A stretch of DNA of 64,000 bases, taken from assembly GCA_040437565.1 (NCBI GenBank), contig JBDOQK010000012.1, forward strand, positions 372,001-436,000. The letters are read 5' to 3'. Each line of letters starts with the position of its first letter. Positions within the stretch are counted from its first letter, which is position 1. A model generated the notes under the pieces. It was not told the DNA's origin and searched no databases. It was given only the letters and a program-made list of their open reading frames with translations. The translations under genes and the position numbers were made by a program. Of the stretch, positions 1-9,470 are shown one piece after another. Origin of the DNA: Albugo candida (taxonomy: Eukaryota).

Positions 1-126
1 CCCGCCACCGCTTCCAATCCTGACTTCTGTTTCCCGGTCGTAGCTCAAACTCGTCGCGTAGACAGGTCCGACATAAAAAGCGCCATTTCCGTGAGGAGGC
101 AGCTCATGGGATGCATGCTGACCCAT
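1..126 (-). CDS. 5' end of a gene running off the window edge; N-terminus MGQHASHELPPHGNGAFYVGPVY, possibly N-myristoylated
   Basis: ATG at 126 on the minus strand opens a stop-free frame to base 1; MGxxxS pattern. Not in the ORF track because it is truncated. Confidence 0.5.
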   Translation of the reverse strand, partial: MGQHASHELPPHGNGAFYVGPVYATSLSYDRETEVRIGSGGG

Positions 127-787
127 TTCGAAAGTGTCAACAAAGTAACCACAATTGATCAACCCTATCGCTTTATAATCCAGACTGATATTTGATTGAG
201 TGCCAGAACCTTTCGACTCTAAACACTTTCTTTTCTCGCTAAGAACGTGTCGCTATCTAGAAGCACGTTCAGTTCTTGTAAAGAGTATGGAGAGTGCCAG
301 CGACGACGCTGCTCTCTTATCGCCGGTATTCACTGTGACTGAATTATTGTAACTTTTTTGTTCGCAATGCTCTCTTGATGGATATTGCTCCGATTGATCG
401 AAAATACACAAGTAAAGCGCTCATTTTTTGAATATGTCGATATTTCAAGATAATGTACATTGGTCAATAATGCTTCCTACAATTTTCGCTGGCAGTCAAA
501 TAGATGATGAAATCCTTGCCATCACTGACGAATAAGAGACACACCGATTGTAGTTTTGACAAACCAACCTACAAGAGAAATCTGACTTGATGCGTATTGA
601 CCTTTTTTCGCAAAGGTAATTTTAGTCAGCAGAAATTTAGAAGATTGACGTTGTACCACCAGGCACTGGTACAATAGATTCACAAGATCGACAATAGCGG
701 GAAAATAGCATGTCCCATGACTTGTGATGACGATCTACTCAAACGTATTACTACGCTTTCTTTCCTCTATTACTCATACTTTACAAA

Positions 788-2059
788 TTAAACTTCCAAG
801 ACTTGTTTTTTGTCTTCTGGTTTTCTCGGTGAGGATGTATCTTGTCCGTTTTTACTGCCATAAATACCTGGATACGTCGGGAACAACTCTTCAGTGTGAT
901 CAATAGCGTCAAAGTGCGGTATATCATCCTTTACGAGCACTAAGGTTTGGTCGTTTTCGAACGAATCCACTTCTGTAAGATGTACCGGACCTCCCAGAAG
1001 AAAACTCTCTTTTCCCTTATGCACATTTCGGTAAGTATGTGACATATGAAACGAGAGGTTTTTCGAGGGCACGCGAGTTGATAAATCGTCATTGGAAATC
1101 TTGATGGGTTGATGACTGTCACAAGACGCTGGAATCCGAAAAATTGCACCATTAACGTCGCCTACACTCCACCCCAATTTGGCTGCTGATTGATTTGGTA
1201 TTTTAGAAGCTGTCCTACTTGTACTTGGTGATGAAGGCTGCAGGAAAAAGCTGGCCAAATTTTTTTTTGCCATTCGGGTGCGACGATAATACATGAAACC
1301 AGCAATAAGAAGCACTACAAATGCGAGACATCCCATTACGATGCCCATAATGGTTCCAATCGATGTGCTTTTGTTGTTGTTACTCGAGTTTACGGTAGCA
1401 GTAGTATAAATCAACATGTCGTATCGTTCACGAGTGATATCTTTGGAGGGAATAATAACATGAGCTAGAACGATATGTTTTCCGGGCTCATCAAATGTTA
1501 TTGTTTGCCAAAAATCGGCGATTCCGTCTGTGAAATTTGACGTTTCCTGGGTCGATACCTTTTTTCTCATTCCGGTTTGAAAAATATCGCACTTTGTATC
1601 AGCCATGCAAATGTGTATATTAGCATGCGCTATTTGCGCTGGCCGACCAGTGAATGGATCTGGCGACGTATATAATTTCTTCACATGAAATGCATTTTTC
1701 AAATTTAGTGTCACTTTGAAATGGTATAGCTCCGGCTTGTCGACGAAAATAATCCCTGATTCTACTTGGTCAATCTGTAGGGTCACAGGACACGCGCTGT
1801 CTAAGCCTGATTCATTAATATACGATGCGTCTGGATTTTCGACTTGTAGACCTTGGTTCAACCAGTAGCAATACGTTGTCTTCCCATCGAGCTGATAATC
1901 TAAAACAACAAAAGATGTAAAGCGTGATGATGGACTTATGCTTCGCGACGTACCGAATACAGATTTGGTAGTCGTGCTGAGGCGTAACAAGATCATGGCA
2001 TGTATCAAGCAAAGAATGCAGCGCCTCTGAATCGTACATAGCGAGAACTTCCTCATCAT
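788..2059 (-). CDS. Single-pass (type I-like) membrane protein of unknown function
   Basis: 423-aa intronless ORF with hydrophobic N-terminus, Cys-containing ectodomain, clear TM helix (IGTIMGIVMGCLAFVVLLIAGFMYY) followed by RRTR, and a Ser-rich tail. Confidence 0.75.
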   Translation of the reverse strand: MMRKFSLCTIQRRCILCLIHAMILLRLSTTTKSVFGTSRSISPSSRFTSFVVLDYQLDGKTTYCYWLNQGLQVENPDASYINESGLDSACPVTLQIDQVESGIIFVDKPELYHFKVTLNLKNAFHVKKLYTSPDPFTGRPAQIAHANIHICMADTKCDIFQTGMRKKVSTQETSNFTDGIADFWQTITFDEPGKHIVLAHVIIPSKDITRERYDMLIYTTATVNSSNNNKSTSIGTIMGIVMGCLAFVVLLIAGFMYYRRTRMAKKNLASFFLQPSSPSTSRTASKIPNQSAAKLGWSVGDVNGAIFRIPASCDSHQPIKISNDDLSTRVPSKNLSFHMSHTYRNVHKGKESFLLGGPVHLTEVDSFENDQTLVLVKDDIPHFDAIDHTEELFPTYPGIYGSKNGQDTSSPRKPEDKKQVLEV

Positions 2060-2757
2060 TATCTATTGCAAATTTTTGAGGACAGTTTCTACGAAAAACG
2101 ATTCGGGTGAATGAGGCCAATCCACGTAAGGCATAGAAGCCTCAGCCACATCAGATGGTTTACCCTCACACCATTTTTCAACTGCGGCGTTCACGAAATC
2201 ATAGCAATTTCGTGTCATGTACGTGTTGAACTTACGTTTTACATACCCTAATCGATCTTATGGCACAGATCAGCTTCACGACATCAGATTATCTGCCTTT
2301 CTCGCAATGCAATTCTTCGCATTTGTCTATATATTTTGTATTAGAAACAGCTTACCAAACGCGTCTGGTAGTCTAACGGTATAAAAATGGACAGATGAAT
2401 TGATTGGGTTGAAAAAGGAGTGTGAGCTTTTTGTCATCTGTATGTACTTTAGGGTTCATTGCAAGCAGCTGTCCTCGGGGTTATATGCTCGCTGTATAAT
2501 CTGAAAGCATGCACGTCTTCTCTAAATGATCTTTACTCTGTCTTGCACGTATATCATAGTCACTTCCATAGGTTAGAAACGTAAATCACAGTCCGTTACA
2601 TAAATATTCAAACTATGCGTGCGGTGTCTCTTGATAAGGCTTTCACCGCAAGCGGAATAGTAGCCGTAGGAAAGAGCTTCGACGCCCGAAATATTAAAAG
2701 GGACATGTACGATGTAACTGTTAGCCATAGCTACTTCCGAGTTATTTAACGCCTAAA

Positions 2758-5355
2758 ATGGATGGCTGCATGCGGCTGGGTATTATGCAGCTGTCGCGTT
2801 ATGCAATAAGGCGAAGGTCATCCCGCATTATTCGATCAAACTTGGACCTACATTTCTCGTCGCGATGTTTTTCCAGCATCGCTACGTCAATCCAACAACA
2901 TCGTGAAGCTATGTGGGAACTCGAATGCAAGCGCCAGCAAAAAGAGCGAAAAAATATCTCAGAGGCTATCAGCATCGAAGTACATACTAAACACGGTGTT
3001 CAAAGCGTCTGTGCGGTCGCCAATACCACCACACCACTTGACATTCTGAAGCAAAGTGATGAACGGCAACTTTTGATATGCGAGGACCCGGTTCTTGGGG
3101 CCCAGTATACATACAACAATAACGATGGAACGCTTCATAATACACTACATGATCTGAATCAGCCTTTGTCACATTCAGGCAAGTTGAATTTCTTGAAGTA
3201 TGTCCTGGTTCTTAGGCCATCCACATAATTTGACAGCTTCTCTCCAGTTTTGATAGTGCACAAGGAAAACAAATATTCTGGCATTCATCAGCTCATGTAA
3301 TGGGACAGGTATGATACAGAATTAGGCAGCGATGGACACCCATTGAACAACTATGTAGGCTTTGGAGTCTCGGTACCACGACCAAATTCGATTGTGTGAC
3401 GGTCCGGCCTTGATTGATGGAGGCTTCTTTTACGAAACTTTTTTCGACAATCAATATACAATATCCGAGTCAGATTTCAAAGAGCTGGAAGCCATATGCA
3501 AGCGAATTGTGAAGGAAAGACAACCTTTTGAACGAATGGAAGTGACTCGAGACTTTGCAAGAGAACTTTTTTCTTATTCAGACTTCAAATTGCAGGTGAG
3601 ACGGCTGGCCAAGTAGGACGTAGCACATGGAGACCAATATTTTATATGTAGATGCTACAGAACATCCCTTCCAACGAAGTAATATCGCTGTATCGTTGCG
3701 GTCGCTTAATCGATCTTTGTCGAGGTCCACACGTTCCCCACACAGGTAAACGAATTTCCACCAACAGTGGACTCAGTAGGCGAGCTGCAGAAATTGCGAA
3801 CAACCGTTCCTGTTGATTTTCTTGCAAGCCTTCTCACAGTCCGATAGAAATTGTCAATTACTGAACAACCCGTCAAATCTCACAAGGATTGATCATCTGG
3901 GCTACACTTTGACAAACATATTTTGAAAGCTTTGACGTCTACTAAGCCGACCATCTTTCTGTAGGTTTATTGAAGGCATTTCGGATTACTCGATGCGGGG
4001 CCTCACATTGGAAAAATCAAGCTCTCTTACAACGAATTTACGGGGTATCATTCCCAACAAAAGCTGAAATGAAATCCTGGCAACATTTTCAGGTCGAAGC
4101 TGCAAAACGAGATCACAGAATTATTGGTAAACAGCAACAACTTTTCTTTTTCCACCCTTATAGCCCAGGGTCGGCCTTTTTCCTTCCACATGGAGCACGA
4201 ATTTTCAGTAAACTCACAACACTTGTGCGTGAAGAGTACAAACTGTGCGGCTACGAAGAAGTGATAACGCCTCTTATTTTCAAAAAAGAGCTATGGAAGA
4301 CGTCAGGACACTGGGACAATTATAAAGAAAACATGTTTATGATAGCTCATGACCATGCTGTTGATCAGCATCCCGACGCTGCCTCCCTACCCAATAACAT
4401 GGTATCGAGCGAGCAGCTGGGATTGAAACCAATGAACTGTCCTGGACACTGCCTGATTTTCCGAGAAGGCTCCCGATACTCATATCGAGATCTTCCGGTG
4501 CGCTTTGCTGATTTTTCATCCTTACATCGTAATGAAGCAACTGGGGCTTTAACCGGCTTGACTCGGGTTAGACGATTTCATCAAGATGATGCGCACATTT
4601 TCTGTCGAGATGACCAAGTACAGCAGGAAATTGCAGACTGTCTGGCGTTCATCAAGCGGACATACGGTATTTTTGGTTTCAAATTTGAATTGTGCTTATC
4701 AACACGACCAGAAAAGTATTTGGGTGACCTAAGCTTGTGGGAAACAGCAGAGCGACAATTAGAGCAAGCGTTGAACGATTTCAAGCAGCCTTGGACAATC
4801 AAGGAAGGCGACGGTGCATTCTACGGGCCGAAAATCGATCTCATCGTCACTGATGCATTAAAGCGGCAACACCAATGCGGAACTATCCAATTAGATTTCC
4901 AGCTGCCTCGCAAATTCGATCTTGTGTATGATGGAGCTAATGGCCAGACGCACTCTCCAATTATAGTACATCGAGCCGTTCTAGGCTCCATTGAACGCAT
5001 GATGGCAATTCTGATCGAGCATACAGGAGGAAAGTGGCCGCTTTGGATAAATCCACGTCAAGTAGCTATCATCCCGGTTGCAGCGCCATTCGAAAACTAT
5101 GCCAATTCAGTTGCGACTCGACTGCGGAAGGAGTCGATGTTGGAATATGTGGATGTACTTGAATGCAGCAAAACCTTATCAAAAAGAGTACGAGAAGCAC
5201 AATTGGCCCAATATAGTTTTATACTGATTGTCGGGGATAAAGAACAGCAACATGAGGAAATCAATGTCCGCACTCGTGATAATGAACTTTGTGGTGCACA
5301 AAGCATTTTTACTTTCATACAAAACATAAATGCCCTTATTCACCAGAAAAAATAG
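2758..5355 (+). CDS. TARS2: Threonyl-tRNA synthetase, probably mitochondrial; 5 exons (introns 3198-3247, 3309-3358, 3596-3651, 3746-3964)
   Basis: Spliced product has [56 protein letters not shown] and HRAVLGS motifs; Arg/Ser-rich N-terminus resembles a presequence; the GT-AG introns restore frame. Start could be 2758, 2770 or 2785. Confidence 0.95.
3767..3921 (+). ncRNA. Intronic box H/ACA sno/scaRNA; 3' pocket predicted to target U2 snRNA
   Basis: Hairpin 1 closed by GGACT(3769-3773)/AGTCC(3838-3842); H box ATAGAA 3844-3849; hairpin 2 closed by TTGTCAA(3851-3857)/TTGACAA(3909-3915); ACA at 3916-3918 plus 3 nt; 14-nt pocket-to-box spacing in both hairpins; lies in the only long ThrRS intron. 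Confidence 0.8.
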
Positions 5356-5578
5356 ACTATATTTGTAAAACCGTGTTAGTATTCCGCTTCTCGCGTAATA
5401 AAGTTATCTCAAGTGCTGTCNNNNNNNNNNNNNNNNNNNNNNNNNNNNNNNNNNNNNNNNNNNNNNNNNNNNNNNNNNNNNNNNNNNNNNNNNNNNNNNN
5501 NNNNNNNNNNNNNNNNNNNNTCCGCTTCTCGCGTAATAAAGTTATCTCAAGTGCTGTCACATTGTTATCGCTGTCATC

Positions 5579-7512
5579 ATGTCGGTGATTGACACGCTAC
5601 CAGCTTGGGGACGATTAAAGCTTATATCAGGGACTTCTATAGGAGATCAAGATGACAAATATCTCACGGAATCGGAGCATAGAATTGGAAGACTACCAAG
5701 CCGTGCTGATATCGTCCTATCACATGTTTTCATCAGTGGATTGGTGTGAAAAAGCTCAAAGCTTGCTTATAATGATACATGATGCTGATATTTGGTGCTG
5801 TAGCATTGTGTTATCACATTAGAAGAGAATGAAGGACAGCCCGCTCTTTTTCGAATACGTGACTTCAGGTGATGAAGGATGCATCTGCAGTTGGATTAGT
5901 GTCGCTGAATGTTGCCTCCAATACAGCCGAAATGGCGTTTGTGTCAATGAAGAATTTCTTGGTGCAAACGTGGAGAAAATCATTCATGAAAATGATATTA
6001 TTCATTTATCTCGACCAGGCAAAGGTGAGCTTTTGAGGTGCTTATGTGTATTATTCAGCTGCTTACATGAAGCTAATCGGAAGGATATCCGCCCACTATC
6101 TACAGATTTGAGATATTGTAAGTGCACTCTTTTGATTTATTCGGACTTAAGAAATTTGTTGTAGTCCACATGCTTTCGGTCCTGAGCTCGCTTCTGCAAG
6201 AAGATCAACCTTTTTGGCAAAACAGAATACTATGAAAAATGGGTCGAGAAAAAGAAGAGGAGGAGACCCCATCAATAGTATGGCGGTGTCTTCTGTCGAG
6301 AGTGGCCAATTCACAGAATGTCTTCCTGGTACATCACCGAAAAGGATACGTGGAAGCAACAGCAAAAATGCCCCTGACCACGAATGGGCTGTTGCAAAAC
6401 AAGTAGAATCGCTCACAGCAGAATGCGAACGTTTACGTGGAGCTTTAGAGGAAGAGGTGGCAAAAGCTGACACACTCAAGTTTAGAGAAAAGGAGCGAGA
6501 AAGGCAACTTATTGAGAAGGAAAGATGTTTGGAAGAAGCACGCAACGAATGTATTCGGCTAATCGATACAACTGCAGATATGAAAGGCAAGTTACTAAAT
6601 GCTGAGCAGAATCATGCACACCTTAAAGAGGCCATCAGCGAAGCCACAGAGCAAAATCATATGATGTTAGAAGAATTCCATGCAAGCAAGTTGAAAGCTT
6701 ATATAATGAGCCAGCAGGTAAAGCCTAGAAGATTGCAGAACAGCATTTAACTGTGATCGATGCAGGGACGAGCACGGGACCAGCACACCATACACAGCAA
6801 TCGTCCCAATCTGAAACAAGTCGCCAAACAGGTGCAAGTAGCTTGCAAATCCGTTGAATTCGCTATGAGAACACTGAAGAAGATACAAGATGAAATGAAT
6901 TTATCTGATTCCACAAGCATTCAACAAGATATAGACAGCTCGGACTCGAGCAAATATTTACCAAGCCATTTTTCTGAGCCTTCTATAAGCACAAATTACG
7001 GAAACAGTACCGATACAATACAAGGAGAAGATGAAGATAGCCTTACACAAAACCCCGAGGCAGAAGCGACACGAAAAAATGCTCATAGTGAGTCCAATTC
7101 TTCCAATAAATCGAGCCAAGATAAGCAGAAATCAAACTCGAATCAAGATACCGAAGCGGTCACATGTCTAGCCACCGAAAGTCTTGCATGTCAAAAATCG
7201 GCTGAGACTACTTCTGATGATCACATTTCGAAGTTAGAAGCAAGTGCGGATGCTAAAGAATCCTCATCCGAGCCACTGGAATCACACTCTATCAGCCTGT
7301 ACACGACGTGTCGCTGTGAACATTCTGAGATGATTGTCAACCAAGCTGAAGAGGAAGTCGATTTTCAACGTGACGTCAACGAACAGATCAGCGATATTCG
7401 TTGGCTCAAGCTGGATGTTGAAGTCGGATTGTTGAGCCCGCACGCCGATAATGATGGTCATGAGATTCTTGGAAATGATACACAGTTATCAAATGGTGTG
7501 CCCGAACATTAA
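5579..7512 (+). CDS. FHA-domain protein with central coiled coil and acidic/Ser-rich C-terminus; multi-exon
   Basis: Spliced N-terminus gives WGRL...HRIGR...FISGLHC...IRDFSRNGVCVN (FHA GR/SxxH/NG motifs); downstream ORFs 6214-6750 and 6760-7512 are in the same orientation. Confidence 0.75.
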
Positions 7513-7665
7513 TTAGAAAAATATAGTGTTTTGAACACCACGTATAAGGTTCAGCATAAATGACTNNNNNNNNNNNNNNNNNNNNNNNNNNNNNNNNNNN
7601 NNNNNNNNNNNNNNNNNNNNNNNNNNNNNNNNNNNNNNNNNNNNNNNNNNNNNNNNNNNNNNNNN

Positions 7666-8570
7666 GGCAGGGAAATCAAGGCGGATGGGAGTCAGGAGGT
7701 TTACATAGTTGATACATGCATCATAAACCTTGATAGTATCTTATGAGCTATAGGTCAAATCAGTCAGCAATTTTCAGCGCGCGATCTCCCAGGACATACA
7801 AAGCTCAAACTGAGGTATACACTCGCTGCATACTACCTGCTGGTTATGCGTCTAGTATAACCGGATATGTTTCAATCAGGCAAATAGGTCAAGGAACTAC
7901 GAATGAAGTGAATCTGCTCAATCTTCGCGAGGAGCTATACCGAAAAGAGGAGAAGTACGAAAACGAAAAAACACCAACGTCCTTTGATGCAAAAAGTACG
8001 TATAGCGGAAAGAGTAGAGTGATATTTCTGTTCAGTTTGGGATTTTTTTTGTAGACAAATTCAAACGCCTAGAAGTCAATCGTAAATTGTTGCTGCTTGG
8101 CGATACGGAGTCAAATGCCAAAGAAGAAGAGTTGTGTCGAATTGCTAGCAAGTATGATGATGCAGACGATAATAACTCGGATGATACCAGCGATTCAGAT
8201 AGTGAAAGGTATGCCAAACTATATTCTTAGTTGTATTTTGTCCTCATCGGGATGACTTAGTGACGAGGACGAAGAAGCTGAATTGATGAGGGAATTGGAG
8301 AAAATAAAAAAAGAAAGAGAAGAGGAAAGAATTCGTAAAGAAGAGGAAGAACGAAAAATTGCTGCTGAAAAAGCCAAAGTAGAAGTTATACAAGGAAATC
8401 CTCTGACGCAGCAGCATGAAGGAGTAAATGCGAGAATGAAGCGACGCTGGAATGACGATGTAGTGTTCAAAAATCAGTCGCGCAATGAACCAGAACTGAA
8501 GAAACGATTCATCAATGATACAATCCGGAACGATTTTCATCGCCGCTTTTTGCACAAATATATCCAGTAA
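7666..8570 (+). CDS. CWC15: Spliceosomal protein CWC15; 5' end lost in the gap; multi-exon
   Basis: SARDLPGHTKLKLR, YDDADD and C-terminal KRRWNDDVVFKNQ...FINDTIRNDFHRRFLHKYI motifs. Confidence 0.93.
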
Positions 8571-8601
8571 TATTACCTATTCATGCTGCGTTCTTAGCAA
8601 C

Positions 8602-9388
8602 TCAAGGATGTCTAGGAATTGTACCATTAATGCATTTATGATGTACAATCACATCCCCCGAAGCATCAGCCTCAGAAACTTTCACATATTCCGCTTCTAT
8701 CTGCAATCCGCTACGGGATTTTAAGACGCATGGCCCAATTGGTTTACCATTTTCAAATCGTCCGATATACTCTCCTCCATTTTTGAATTTCCACCGACCA
8801 TCAATCAAAGCATTCATAACCCATTTGCCAGTCAACATACTTCGATCTGCTGCGTACTCGTACGTGCCTTGACCTTCTCGAATTCCCTGTTCGAACTCGC
8901 CACTATATATATCGCCATTTGCGTACATAAATGCTCCTTCCCCATGCATCTTATCGTCCTTCCATTCTCCATGATAGATATCTCCATTCGGAAAAATCAT
9001 TTTCCCGATACCTTGCTTCACCCCGTCCAAATAATTTCCATCGTAGGACGCAAATTCTTTTCCTGCACGATAATAGACAGCATCAAAACGAATCTGGGAA
9101 AGTGAAATTATCAAACCTCTGTTATCCTCGTCGGAGGATGGATTTTGCCAGATATATTTTCCATTTCCTTGTTTGAGCAAATTCGAGTCAACGGATCCTA
9201 CAAATGTATCGCCATTTGCGTACACAATCTGGACATCTCCCGCCCTTTTCAAATATTTCTCCTCTTCTTGTTCGCCGTCTTTGTATTGTACCTTGTATTC
9301 CTATACAAATCTCCTCAGCATACGATACAAACAAATGAAAAGCTTCCATCACTTGTTCCATGACGCTTCAAGATCGAATTACCTTCAT
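8602..9388 (-). CDS. MORN-repeat protein, radial spoke head 1-like; 6-nt first coding exon, introns 9301-9382 and probably 9063-9116
   Basis: Repeated YxGxW/FxxGxxxGxG MORN units; ATG AAG|GTAATT...TATAG|GAA joins in frame to the ORF. Confidence 0.85.
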
Positions 9389-9470
9389 GCAACCTCAACA
9401 ATCTGTCGCCCCAATTTGCGACCAATCACTGATATCGCATCCAAAATTCTCCCTCTAAAAAAAGCGTCGA
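9389..9470. promoter_or_regulatory. 82-nt bidirectional promoter region with a CCAAT box (9422-9426)
   Basis: Lies between divergent start codons at 9388 (-) and 9471 (+); CCAAT recurs in other divergent gaps of this window. Confidence 0.55.

Noticed and set aside
2447-2456. TTTAGGGTT as a possible telomerase RNA template on the minus strand
   Set aside because: A 9-nt match is expected by chance; it lies too near the putative TATA-defined start and a T5 run follows shortly after.
9301-9382. C/D-box-like GTGATGG...CTGA in the first MORN-gene intron
   Set aside because: Imperfect C box, only about 40 nt span and no recognisable antisense element.
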